A program made the translations under genes and the position numbers. A DNA stretch of 63,913 bases, counting the filler, from Octopus bimaculoides (taxonomy: Eukaryota), in NCBI RefSeq assembly GCF_001194135.2. It is 8 parts of 7 records of this genome, joined end to end, with 100 filler letters (N's around TTAATTAATTAA, not from the genome) between each part and the next. Parts side by side here need not be neighbours in the genome. Positions count along the whole stretch, not along the records: positions 1 to 8,733 come from NC_068987.1; positions 8,834 to 15,632 come from NC_069010.1; 6 more parts are not named here. One strand, 5' to 3'. Of this stretch, positions 1-12,044 are shown piece by piece (position 1 is the stretch's first letter; every line of letters begins with the position of its first letter). The notes beneath the pieces were generated by a model. It was not told the origin of the DNA. It was given only the letters and a program-made list of their open reading frames with translations, and searched no databases.

Positions 1-794
1 ATATGCTTGCACTCGAGTGTACCTGTCACAGTTGCGTTATTGCCTGTCACTGTTAATTCTTGGTGAAGCCAATCTGAATCCGTTTCGTTTTTGCTTTTCC
101 CCTCAATGTACCAAATGTTGGGTCAACTGAACTTACTAAATACACATTGAATTGGGAGTAATTTTTATTTAAAACTCAGTTTCCGTATTTTCCAAAATTT
201 CAACCGATTTTATTGAAGTTCTTTCCCTTGTTTTAATTGGTGCCGGTCTAGTATGTGATCTACAGCAACTTAAATCTAGACTAGCATGTGATCTACATTC
301 AAAATTTTGTTATAAGTTTGCAATTATAATTAGAAGAGTGAGTTAAACATTTAAAAAATAAAAGAAAAAGAAAAATTTTTTATTGATTTTTATTTCATAC
401 TAAAAACATGAACACTGACTATTTGTATACAGCACAGATATCATTTTAAAATGCAATAAAGAGATTTTGCTCATTTGATCTTAAAATCTTCCAACAAATG
501 AAATCTAAACGAGATTGAAATGTTTGCAATGGAACACCTCTCATTTTTTGAGAAGACTAATTTTAGCTTCTAGCCATAACCGCTCAGTGCTCCGTGTATG
601 TGTTCCATCCTGACAACATAGCTATGCTGGTGGTTGACATTGGATAATAAGATGAATTTTAAATGTAGATCAAAATGTTGGTGTAGGTCACAAACTATAC
701 CATTTGAACTAATGTACATCACATACTACACTGGCACCTTTTAAACAGTTCTTAAGGGAGTTTTTGTTTTGTGATTGCACATATAATCAAAGTA

Positions 795-913
<119 letters not shown>

Positions 914-1568
914 CTCTATATAGTGTCATCATCATTTAACATCTATGTTCCATGCTGGCAATGAGTTGGATGGTGAGAGGATCTGGTGGGTTCAAGAACT
1001 GCATCATGCTCCAGTGTCTGCCATAGCATGGTTTGAATAGCTGGATTTTCTTTCTAACACCAACTACATTATAGCATGTACTTTTTTCATGCCACCAACA
1101 CTAGTGAGGCTACTGTGCAGCTTGCATGATTATGAAACCTGAGGAGAAGGGGTTCTGCTTTATACTAGGAGAAAAGGCAGCAGAACAGGTTCTTGTAGAG
1201 GAGCTATATGGCTACTCACATTTAGAAGAAAGGGTGAGAATGATCAGGTGTTGCTACAAAGAGATGATGAGCTGTCCAGGTGGACCCTCAAAGTATGAGA
1301 TGAGAAGTGATTGGAGACAGGAACTAGGAATGTGGGTGGTTGAGGGAGAGCTAGAAATGGGGGAATTCAAGAGAGGAATTAGGCAACAGTTGTAAAGATG
1401 AGTATGGTTGAAGGGTGGCAAAGGGTGACTAATGATGCATGAATTAGAAGAGGTACAGGGTGGTGCATCACTGGTGTAGTTTTGTTGTCATTCACTCATT
1501 GCAAATAGCTGATTGGCAGATGAAAGTTTAACATTCCTTTCATTTTGCTAATTAGAAAAAAATGTTTC

Positions 1569-1782
1569 TTAACCCTTTAGCATTCAGTTTACTCTGTTAA
1601 TTGTATTACTTACTTATTCCTATTGGTTTGAATTAATCATGCATTATCTCATAGCTTTGAGATTTCGATATGATTATTTATGATTTGAATGACATTGTTG
1701 GGTTGGTGTGAGAAGCCTGACCTAATCTGTTTGATTAACAGTAGAACATTTTGGGCTGGATATGCCAGTTTAAACACTAAAG
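1569..1782. mobile_element. Non-autonomous MITE with TTAA-CCCTTTAGCATTCAG terminus (piggyBac-like); right terminus interrupted
   Basis: Starts TTAA+CCCT. The reverse-complement terminus ...ctgaatgctaaagggttaa occurs near 25465-25481 and a degenerate one near 48150-48170. Here the right end stops at ...actaaag, where a hAT MITE begins. Confidence 0.55.
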
Positions 1783-1912
1783 CAGTGGTTCTCAACCATT
1801 TTTTTACACATGGACCCCTTTGATTCCTATTTTACTTGGATAGATCATCTTAGCCATTCAATGTTTAAAAAATCTCATTGTACTTTTATAATTAAATATT
1901 TGAACCAAATTA
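1783..1912. mobile_element. hAT (Charlie-like) MITE, left portion, interrupted by an RTE 3' UTR
   Basis: CAGTGGTTCTCAACC terminus; similar to the reverse complement of the right end of the complete copy at 42935-43258. Confidence 0.65.
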
Positions 1913-2423
1913 AATCGAAATTGAACCAAATTTGATGACTGGCACCCATGCCAACCTTCCATCATTGGACACTAAACTCAGCTTGCGAAGACCTGTTGGG
2001 GCAAGTGAGATCGAAACTGAACCAAATTTGATGACTGGCACCCGTGCCAGTGGAGCGCTAACAGCACCCTCCGAGTGGGATCACTACCAGAGCAGCGGTC
2101 TCGCTCCTGTGCCGGTGGCACATAAAAAGCACTATTTGAGCGCAATTGTTTCCAGCTTCGCCTTGCTGGCACTTGTGCAGGTGGCACATAAAAAACACCA
2201 TTTGAATGTGGCCATTGCCAGCACCGCCGGATTGGCCCTCGTGCTGGTGGCACATAAAAAGCACCCACTACACTCTTGGAGTGGTTAGTGTTAGGGAGGG
2301 CATCCAGCTGTAGAAACTCTGCCAGATCAGATTGAAGTCTGGTGTAGCCATCCGCTTTGCCAGTCCCCAGTCAAATCGTCCAACCCATGCTAGCATGGAA
2401 AGCGGACGTTAAATGATGATGAT
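1913..2423 (+). mobile_element. 5'-truncated RTE LINE copy (3' UTR only) with internal GGTGGCACATAAAAA units and (GAT)n tail
   Basis: Co-linear with the 3' UTR that follows RTE ORF2 at 51659-52696; ends catgctagcatggaaagcggacgttaaa(tga)n. A ~40-bp segment (atcgaaa..tggcaccc.tgcca) is duplicated at the 5' junction. Confidence 0.8.
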
Positions 2424-2656
2424 TAGGACTTGTATAAAAATTAAAATAGTTTGTGTATTGTGAATGTATAACAAGTTTATTGCACATAAACTTTACTGGT
2501 CTAAAGCACAATTTTTTCATGGTACCTAAAAAAATTACCGCCAACCCCCAATTTACTATATTGCATCCATTTGCTTAACAAATCCACTCACAAGGCTGTA
2601 GTAGAAGACATACATATATATAAATAAAACACGTATGCCTGTGTATATACACACTT

Positions 2657-2869
2657 CATCATCGTCCGCTTTCCATGGGTTGGACGATTTGACTGAGGAC
2701 TGGTGAACCAGATGGGTACACCAGGCTCCAATCTGATTTGGCAGAGTTTCTACAGCTGGATGCCTTTCCTAACACCAGCCACTCCGAGAGTGTAGTGGGT
2801 GCTTTTACGTGCCACCGGCACGAAGGCCAGTCAGGAGGTACTGGCGACGGTCACGCTCGAAATGGTGTC
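2657..2869 (-). mobile_element. 5'-truncated RTE LINE 3' UTR copy
   Basis: Reverse complement of the same UTR (ttctacagctggatgcc...ccactccgagagtgtagtgggtgc); inverted relative to the copy at 1913-2423. Confidence 0.8.
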
Positions 2870-3589
2870 AAAAACTTGTTTTTGTTGTGTCTATGACCTA
2901 GAGGTTTAACAAATAGAGTACAGTGATATAAATACCAATGTGAAATAAATATGGGGGCTGACACAAACCAAACTCAGCTTTTGGATTACTGAACACATGG
3001 GACTATTTTTATAGTAGACTGTCATACAGAATATACTGTGTGACATCATCATTGTTTAATGTCTGCCTTCCATGCTGGCATGTGTGGGACTACAGTTTGC
3101 TACAATTACTATAGTGTTAGAGATTCTTTCTTTCTAATGGTTTATCTTGAACTCGCATTCAGTTCTTGGCTTTAGTGACTTAGATAAATCAAATATGCAC
3201 ATATCCTTCTTGGTTATTTTCTATTAAGATGAGTCAGCCAAGTGATTTTGCCGCTGCTGTTGGATCAATAAAATGTTGATTGATTGCAGTCAGTATTCTG
3301 TCAACACTTGGAAGAGTGGAATTACGCCATAGAGTACTAATGTTACTATAAGGGTCCCATCTGTTCACATTTGTAAGAAAGGATCTTTGCATGCTGGGCC
3401 TCACTGACCGGGAGATGTGGAGATTTGTTGTACTTGAGAAGATGCGTCAAGCTAAGTAAAATCACTGTCATCCATACATGCAGACTTGTCCTTTATCGGT
3501 GTTGGTGTCACATAAAATGCACTTGTGCCAGTGCTGTGCAAAAACACACCCAATGCCAGTGACACATGAAAAGCACCCAGGATGCATTT

Positions 3590-4088
3590 TAGATCAGACG
3601 TCAGAAAACATGTCACCTACCAAGCAGAAACCTTTGTCATGTTAAGGTCATTGTGCAGAATTTTGTCAACTCTGTCATGAGATAAGCTAATAGCATTGAC
3701 TTTTGATTTATAGTCAATTGCCTGTCAGCCATCACCATGTGAACACAATCAATGTTTTTCTCAGTGGTGGCTGTTGCAGGATATCCACAATATTCTCCCT
3801 TCCCTTCATAAATTCAGCTGCTCACTTTTGCACTGTTAAAGCTGGAGTGTCATCCTTTACTGTAATAAGCATGTCAACATTAATGTCTTTTGGAGTTAAA
3901 TCCTTTTTTCTGCTAGTGTTTGATAACACCCTGATGCCAAATTTTGTCAGTTTTCAAGAGAAGCCACTAGTCACTTTTGAAGTTTTCTTTGAATAGTGAG
4001 ATATCAGCTTACCTGGAAAGAAACAATACAGTTATTAAGAAGAAAAATTGAAATTAATGCATGCAAAACTTTTCAGCCCACCCTCATA
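3590..4088 (-). mobile_element. mariner transposon, 5' fragment (TIR plus transposase N-terminus, decayed)
   Basis: TIR read as aacttttcagcccaccctcata at ~4067-4088; aligns with 7165-7711, which encodes the DRQLTITQI...LGITKVSAWWV helix-turn-helix region. Confidence 0.8.
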
Positions 4089-6774
4089 GAAGACATTGCC
4101 CAAGGTGCTGAACAGTAGGTTGCTACCTGAAACCATGTGATTGCGTAGCGAGCTTAGTTGTCCAATTTCCTTAGGATAGATGCTACATAAAACTAATTTC
4201 CATATTTAAAGACAATATAACACCCTGTTGGAAAGCTTTTTGACTCCAGGTCAACTATAATCCTGCAAACCTGTGATCAAAAATATTCCAGCCATGATTT
4301 TGCTTGTATTCAGAACTACATTATCCATTTTTAAGCTAGGAGGGTGTTACTTGAGTGATATTTGGCTGTTATTTCTAGCAGGGTGAGTGATCATGTAGCA
4401 GTTTCTGTGTTGGCTTTTAGAAGATTGCTCTTATTAATGTAGACATTCTTCTGTTGAAAGGTATCAAGAAGTAACTATCCTCTTATGTCAGTGTTCAATT
4501 CTTGCCTGAGATTGCCCCTAGTTTTATGCCACAAACTTCTTGTTTTAATGTGAGATAAATTTTAACTTTCCATCAAAATTTTATGTTGTTTCAAATACCA
4601 GGTTAATAAGGTCCGGACATGTTTCCATGGAACAACAGTGACATTTGTTTACAAGTAACACAATATCAAGCCAAAATTGCACAAACATGCGCATGCTCAC
4701 ACACATGATTTTGGGCAAGATGCAGAATTCAGCTTGAAACACTATAGTTTCAATGAAGTTTCACTTCTGAATGTTAAAGGATTAAAGAATTTGCTTCCCC
4801 AACCACAGGTCCATTCTTACTGTATGGCACCTTACGCAAGTGTCTTCCACTCTAGCTCTGGGCCATCTAGTTCCTCTAAAGCAAGAAGCTCATTCTGATA
4901 CAGCCTCTTCTCATACTTAACCCTGCCATCTCCCTTGAGCTTTGTAGTCTTGCAAGTTGCACGGTGGCTTCGCTAGCACTGGTGCTATGAAAAAGAACCC
5001 AGTAAATGCTGTAAAACGGTTGGAATTAGGAAGATTAATCCACTTGGGGTATGATGCAGTTTTTGGATCCATGAAATCCTGTCAAACCATCCAACCCATG
5101 CAAGATGATTAACATTAACTGGTTAGGATGTGCCTGGGAATAAGGATGAGCTATTTATACCATAGGTCATTTGCTCTAGTAAGACTATTGACTGCAGATT
5201 GAATCCTAGTGTATTCCAGGGCAGCCCTGATTGAGTAGACTTGTGATCATAACCATCCTAAGCAGGTTTATAAAGGATTCCTTGTCTCCTTTGAAACCTG
5301 ATGTTTTATCTCAAAATGAAATATAGCTTTGGGAGTTTGAGTTTTTCAATTTTTCTCCCAGGTTGTTTCTATAATTTGATATTTTAATTAAGTTATTTCA
5401 GTATTGACATAAATTTGAAGTTTCTGCCTACCAAATCCACTCAAGGCTTTGGTCTGTAAAAGATACTTGCCCAAGATGCCACACTGGGATTGAATCTGGA
5501 ACCATGTGGTTGGAAAGCAAACTTTTTACCACACAATCATGTGTACACCAGGGTAATGGTAGTCCTAGGTATATTTTTTGTGTCTGAGAATTATTTTTTT
5601 CGTATTATGTACATAATAGGTAGAAACAAGTTAAATGTCATTGTACAGTAAACCACTATTTTTATTTATATATTCCAACAATGCACTAGTTTACTATATA
5701 ATAGTTTGGTAACTGTTTTCCTTTTGCTTTGCAGTTAGCCATAGAATAAAAGATCATTGTCTGCTTAATGGAAAAAAAAAAGAAATGACTGTAGCTAGAT
5801 CAATCTTACATTTGATCATAGGTTTGATCAGTGACAGTTAACATGGGGTTAAACACTGTCAAATTTTACCCATGTTTTGTATGTGATAAACCTTGTTGAC
5901 CTCATTCCTTTTCCCTTTTCTTGTTGATGGCAACTAGCACCACTGACTGATGAAGTGGAAGGAAATTGGTTGAGCCCAAGTCCAGCACCCCCCTCTATAT
6001 GTGTGTGTGTATACATAATGCATTTATAGTTAGATGTACAACTGCTGCTGCTAAGTTTAAAGTTCTACATAGGTTATCCTAATCCCGCTTGCTTCCATTA
6101 TAGTGCTTAGTTACTACTATACTTAATAGTAATACTGGTTTGATATACAAAGAAATGTAGCATAATGCAATAAAGTCTTCTCTGTAACATAACTGCAATA
6201 GTGTTCTCCTAATGGTTTGTTGTGGTTAAGCATCCAACTGTATTTGGAACATCTAATAATGTGGCTTCAAACAAAACATGATGGTGTACATAGGGAACTA
6301 ATGATATAAAATTTCTGATGTATTTGTAGACCATGCATTTCTGCTCCATCACTGGTGATAGAAGCAACATCCAAATGTTGAGCCAGCTACTGGGTCAGCC
6401 TCGATTCAACAAGCTTATTTCATATCATTTTTAGGTAGTAGGGCAGAATTGAAAGGATATTTGACCTGCGATTCTTGAAACTGCGTATATATTTCCTCAT
6501 TGTTTTAAACCATTGCAGTTCGATACAGAATGAAGAGTGTGAAAACGAAGCCAATGAGGCTTAATATTTGGGTGAGGGGAGTAGCTCTAAGTGTATGTTC
6601 TGTTGCAGATAGACCTATTCCACCAATGACCAGCATAAAGAAACTGGGTATATATAGAAAGCAGTTGTGAGGTTATTGTTGGGGCAGGGATAAAGCCTTG
6701 GACCACATTATCTTGTCTGTTTAAGGTTTTGTTTGGTTGAGGAAGATTTGGTTGCAATTTCTACCAGTTCATGC

Positions 6775-7711
6775 AAACATGGAGACACCCCCTTGTATCC
6801 TAGCACAGCAACCATTGAAACAAAGGACTTGTATGCTGGAGCATTGTCCTAATGAAATAAGCCCCTTTCATCAGTTTTCCTGGGTGTTTGATCTTCATAG
6901 CCTTTGGCAATTGTCTCAGTAAGTTGGTATAGTACTCCATTGATGGTGTAGCTTTTTTGAAGATAGTCAATAAACACTGCCCTTTACATCCCTAAAAAAC
7001 TAGGCCATCATCTTCCCTGCAGGTGAGGAGTGGTGTTTTCACTTCATGGATTGCCTCTTTGTCTCTGGCTCAAAGTGATGAAGTAAAATCTCATCATGGG
7101 TTAGGAAACATTTAAGGAAACCATCTGGGTCTGCCTGAAACAGTGTCAGATCTTCCCATGATGTGATCAGATGACGGAAAACATGTCACCCACCAGGCAG
7201 AAACCTTCGTAATGCCAAGTTTATTGTGCAGAATATTATCAACTCCCTCATGAGATATGCTAATATCATTGACTATTTGAGTTATAGTCAATTGCCTGTC
7301 AGCCATCACCATGTGGTGAACACAATCAAATATTTTTGATGTCCAGATCTTGAGTCATCTTCAAGACTCTTTGTTCCCCTCCTAAATTCAGCTGCTAAAT
7401 TTTGCACTGTTGATAAACTGGAGTGTTATTCCCTAATGTAGCAACCATGTCAGCATGAATGTTTTTGGGGACTAAAACCTTTTCCTGCTGGTACTTGATA
7501 GCATGAAGATGCCAAATTTTGTCCATTTTCAAGAGAATTCACTACTAGTTACTTTTGAAGTCTTTTTTTTTTGAACATTGAGATGTCAGTTTACTTGAAA
7601 ATAAACAATGCACTTATCAATAATAAGAGTTGAAATTAAGGTATGTAAGATTTCGCAGCTCTAGCCTCACTCCTTCATAGTCACCCTCTGAACTTTTCAA
7701 CCCACCCTCGT
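6775..7711 (-). pseudogene. mariner transposase pseudogene with 5' TIR, 3'-truncated
   Basis: ORF 7112..7312 (DRQLTITQIVNDISISHEGVDNILHNKLGITKVSAWWV, a WVP-motif region) plus frameshifted HDET..HFEPETKRQSMKW and FIDYLQK segments of the catalytic domain; TIR aacttttcaacccaccctcg at ~7691-7710. Confidence 0.85.
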
Positions 7712-7732
7712 GTCTGTGTGTGTGTATTATCT

Positions 7733-8713
7733 TGTAGTGAAACCTCTCTCTCTCTCGGGCATTCAATCACAAATGATAACGAAGCTGCTAACATCTAGCC
7801 TTCGGTTGCCTTGGACCCTTCTGTCCGTCATCCTGATTGGTTCTTGTTTTGCGCGGCAATTGTCCCCATGTTCTGCTTGCTAAGGAGGCATTTACGTCCA
7901 ATCGTTGTTTTAGATAAAGTCACGTGATAGAGAGTTTTTCTGGGTTTCCGGTGAGCCCTTTTTGGCCTATAAATAAGCCCGATCCAACGACGGCAATCGT
8001 CTTCGATTTCAGATCTCTCACAGGTCTGGTCGTTGACCACACTTATACAGAACACAGCTACAGCCAGTTCCAGAGCCGACGTCTTCACCACCGATGTACT
8101 GTCTACCTTTGTCGTCGCCAGCAACACCAACTTCAACAAGCGCGGTTTTATCTTCACTGTATGAGTGGAGTTTCCACTCACGAACAACAGTCAGAACTAA
8201 CCAGCGAGAATATTCCGTACCAGGTAACACAGGTCGCAGCATTCGACGCTCAACACACATGGTGTGATACTACAGCTCTGCTCCTTGACCACAACTTCCT
8301 GCGTATGAACATTCTATCTCCTTGTGTAACTTTAATACGAACTGGTTTTTCTCTATCTCAGAGTTTTAAGACCTTTTACAGTCTATGTTACAGACACTCT
8401 TTCTATGTTCTGTGTTTCCTCTCATTCACACGCACACTTGTACTCTGACATATTGTACACACGACTGTCCCTCACTTCACATTGTTGTATACCTTCTCTT
8501 GTACACAAAGGCCTGATTTATCTACTCTGTTGATTATATGTCGCATGCACGCACACACAGACAAACAGTTTCACTTTGTTAATAAATTTATTCTCATTAT
8601 ATATCTAACGGTTGAGTTTGTCCTAAGTTCTTTTACTGGCACTATGGCTCGTATCTCTCACGATGAGCCTTCTATCATATATAATCTTGTATTTTGTGTT
8701 CGATCGTGCGACA
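7733..8713 (+). mobile_element. Probable 5' LTR (~980 bp) of an LTR retrotransposon
   Basis: TGT...ACA termini, CpG-rich compared with its flanks, CCAAT-like and CACGTG motifs, TATAAATA near 7968, AATAAA at 8581, and followed immediately by TGG. The internal region is lost in the scaffold break. Confidence 0.65.
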
Positions 8714-8733
8714 TGGTAAAAAGGAGCCTTTAC
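8714..8733 (+). promoter_or_regulatory. Possible primer-binding site (TGGTAAAAAGGAGCC...)
   Basis: TGG directly after the LTR-terminal CA, the position complementary to tRNA 3'-CCA. I could not identify the cognate tRNA. Confidence 0.4.
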
Positions 8734-8833
8734 NNNNNNNNNNNNNNNNNNNNNNNNNNNNNNNNNNNNNNNNNNNNTTAATTAATTAANNNNNNNNNNN
8801 NNNNNNNNNNNNNNNNNNNNNNNNNNNNNNNNN
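8734..8833. other. Artificial scaffold-joining spacer (44 N + TTAATTAATTAA + 44 N)
   Basis: Exact 100-bp structure, stop codons in all six frames, repeated seven times in the window. Confidence 0.97.
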
Positions 8834-8843
8834 CTGATTATAT

Positions 8844-9053
8844 ATGTCTGTGCACACGTTTGAATGTGGTGTGTGCCAGAGGGTTTGCAAATCCAATGGG
8901 GGTCTTAAAAGACATGTTAGGATCCACAATGAGCAGAACTTACTTGCAGGTATTGGTAGTGCAAATCAGAGGTGCAATCTGTGTGGGTGTTTTTTCAAAA
9001 CACTGTCTGGTTTAAAAAGCCACATCAGACGCCATGAAAGGGCTAAGGTGTAG
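8844..9053 (+). mobile_element. Two C2H2 zinc fingers, probably the C-terminus of a non-LTR (RTE-type) retrotransposon ORF2
   Basis: CGVC-x12-HVRIH and CNLC-x12-HIRRH with no TGEKP linker; stop followed by ~45 nt and an (ATGT)n/(AT)n tail; in-frame TGA at 8835 upstream of the ATG. Confidence 0.55.
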
Positions 9054-9141
9054 GTGCAGGAGGTGGTCAAACTCTGTTTAAGGAGTAGACAACCACCATG
9101 TATGTATGTATATATATATATATATGTGTGTGTGTATGTGT

Positions 9142-9190
<49 letters not shown>

Positions 9191-10064
9191 TATCTACACG
9201 CATTAAATGTATGTCATATATACATACACATACACCAAGCAATATGCTGTAGATATTTACACATTAACATGGATACCCGAAGGCTGCAATTTCACAGCGA
9301 GACTAAGAATACACTCAGCTATCAGTCCATATATTTATTTATTCATGACCCAAGATTTATTCAGTTGTCGACCAAGTATACCTGTCCACAAGAGTTAATG
9401 CATTGACACATGTTCGTTTACATTTAGTAAATAACCTTCAGTTACTATCAACAACAGTTTGAGTGGGGGTGGTAGGGAGCACGAGTGAATTTTAATGACT
9501 TTTGTTACACAACAACAAAACCAGATTTGTTTGGTTTGGTTCTCATTTTCAAGTTTCCCAAAAAAAGGGACATCGAGGGGTCTGATTTTATCAGTATGAG
9601 ATGTTTTGGTGCTGCCTATTTGGCGTCGTTGATTCGATGCTGGCTTATTTGACACAAGTCATTTTAATGTATATCAGCATCTTTTTCTTGCTGTTAACCC
9701 TTTGAACAAAAATTAGACATTTGAATAAATCCAGGGTTAATTCATTTAACATGAATTTTTCACACTCTTTGTTAATGGCCCCAGCATAGGTGACGAAATT
9801 TTTATCATCTTTTTTTAACTTAATTTAAACATTATCAACGAGTATTGAACAGGGAACTTCTTTCACTGAAAACTCTCCATAAGAAATTAACTGTTTCATT
9901 GAAACAAATCTCACCTGGTTTCTTCGGCAGAATATAGTTACAGTATTTTTCATGTTCAGCAGGGAATAAATTTCTTAAAAGTAGTTTCACCTTAATACCA
10001 CCACTACCACCACCACCACCACAACTACTACTACTATAACATTTGCCTTCTCGCTCTTCCCCAG

Positions 10065-10169
10065 GAGACCCAACAGTCTATGGCAACATGTACCTACCCC
10101 AAGTGGCAGAGGATGCCGTGGTGGCTGCCATTCAAAGCAAGAAGTACAATGGTTATGGACCTTCAGTAG
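10065..10169 (+). CDS. TAT: Tyrosine aminotransferase, internal exon (105 bp): (G)DPTVYGNMYLPQVAEDAVVAAIQSKKYNGYGPSV(G)
   Basis: ccccag acceptor and gtacgt donor; matches the vertebrate TAT segment GDPTVFGN...YNGYAPSIG; phase 1 to phase 1. Confidence 0.95.
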   Translation, partial: ETQQSMATCTYPKWQRMPWWLPFKARSTMVMDLQ

Positions 10170-10282
10170 GTACGTGAACTGATTGTTGATCTTGTTCTTG
10201 TTGTTACTGTTCTCACTGTGGTTGTTGTAATTGTCTACAATTGATACAACGCCTCAAATGTCATAGAGCACAAGCTATAATC

Positions 10283-10971
10283 ATCATCATCATCATCATC
10301 ACCATTTAATGTCCCTTTTCCAGGCTGGCATTGGTTGGAGAGCTTGACAGGAACTGGCCAGGCCAGGGTCCATGCCAGGTTCCATAGTCTGTTTTGACAC
10401 GGTTTTTACAGCTGGATGCTTTTCCTGATGTCAACCACTTTACAGAATATACTGGGTGTTTTATACATGACATCAGCAACAGTGCTTTTTATGTAGCACC
10501 ATCACCAGTACTTTTTATGTGGCACCAGCAACAGTGTTTTTAATGTGACATTAACACCAGTGCTTTTAATGTAGCACTAAAACCAGTGCCTTTTATGTGG
10601 AACCAACTCCAGTGCTTTTAATGTGGCACCATTACCAGCACTTTTTAAGTGGCACCAGCAACAGTGTTTTTAATGTGACATCAACACCAGTGCTTTTAAT
10701 GTGACACCAGCACCAGTGCTTTTTTGTGTAACCAACTCCAGTGCTTTTGATGTGGCACTAAAACCAGTGCTTTTAATGTAGCACCAGCACCTGTGCTAGA
10801 AACCATAGACAAAACAAACAATTAGAGTCTGGTACAGCTCTCTAACTTTCCAGTTCCTGTCAAACCGTTCAACATTACCAGATCAGATTGGAGCCTGGTG
10901 CAGCCTCCTGGCTTGCCAGTCCCCAGTCAAACTGTCCAATCCCCCATGCCAGCTTGGAAAGCAAACGTTAA

Positions 10972-11002
<31 letters not shown>
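10283..11002. mobile_element. Two back-to-back RTE-3'UTR-type copies in a TAT intron (minus-strand copy 10283-~10800; plus-strand tail ~10830-11002)
   Basis: (CAT)n...tttccaggctggcattggttgg at the left; ...catgccagcttggaaagcaaacgttaaa(tga)n at the right. Confidence 0.7.
10480..10796. repeat. 26-bp minisatellite, ~12 units (CAGTGCTTTTAATGTGGCACCAGCAC consensus)
   Basis: Units read directly; the motif is the reverse complement of the GGTGCCACATAAAAAGCAC unit of the RTE 3' UTR. Confidence 0.9.
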
Positions 11003-11003
<1 letters not shown>

Positions 11004-11272
11004 ATATNNNNNNNNNNNNNNNNNNNNNNNNNNNNNNNNNNNNNNNNNNNNNNNNNNNNNNNNNNNNNNNNNNNNNNNNNNNNNNNNNNNNNNNNNNNNN
11101 NNNNNNNNNNNNNNNNNNNNNNNNNNNNNNNNNNNNNNNNNNNNNNNNNNNNNNNNNNNNNNNNNNNNNNNNNNNNNNNNNNNNNNNNNNNNNNNNNNNN
11201 NNNNNNNNNNNNNNNNNNATATATATATATATAAAACTATATATATACATGGATTTGTTTTTTACCCACAAG

Positions 11273-11340
11273 GTTTGGAATGTGCAAGAAAAGCTGTTGC
11301 TGCTTATGAAACTACCCCTTCCTTTCCCATTGATGCGAAG
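11273..11340 (+). CDS. TAT: Tyrosine aminotransferase, internal exon (68 bp): (G)LECARKAVAAYETTPSFPIDAK
   Basis: cacaag acceptor and gtaaga donor; phase 1 to 0, in frame with both neighbours; corresponds to human [22 protein letters not shown]. Confidence 0.92.
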
Positions 11341-11999
11341 GTAAGACGGAGATGTTTCTTTTTTCTGTTTACATTATTATAAAATAATGGTATGTAATAG
11401 TGGCCATCACTCCTATGGGAAAGAAATGAGATGATGTCCTTTATTTTACTTCTATTTTTATTTCTTTTTCCTCTCTCACCCCAACTCTCATTCTCTCTCC
11501 GAGAAATGATGGAAAATGAAGAAAAACAAAGACACATACATGAGTTTGTGTTTCTTTGCAATTAGGCAAAGGTGGTGAAATATGTACCATAACTGATGCT
11601 TCTCAAAGTGCCTGATCTGGTGTTAAAGTAGATATTCATTGTTGTGTAAATTTTTGAGAAATTTTCATTCCTCTGTTTTGAAAAGATCACATCCTTTGTG
11701 TGTTCCATTTGATGTCACAGTTAGACGCTTAATTACCAGATCTAGTCTTTCCGTAAATCTAAAAGATGTATGATTTTTAAACTGAAGTAAATGCGCTACT
11801 CTGTTAACATTGCAGGTAATTATTTCCAAAGTACATTACTACAACCAAATCATTTCAAAATACATTAAACACTTCTTAGTATATAATTACAAAATTACAT
11901 AACTAAATATGCTGAAGTAAGTAATTATAAATCGTTTTCATTTCTTATTGGAGATATTCATTGCAGTAGGGTTGCAGTGTACATGAGTAATGACTTGTT

Positions 12000-12044
<45 letters not shown>

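Noticed and set aside
7828-8448. ORFs 7828..8187, 7924..8448 and 8018..8260 as host genes
   Set aside because: No recognisable domain; they overlap on both strands inside a GC-richer LTR-like segment.
10480-10796. CRISPR-like appearance of a conserved ~18-nt block alternating with a variable ~8-nt block
   Set aside because: The variable parts are related to each other and far too short for spacers, there are no cas genes, the DNA is eukaryotic, and the unit derives from a LINE UTR.
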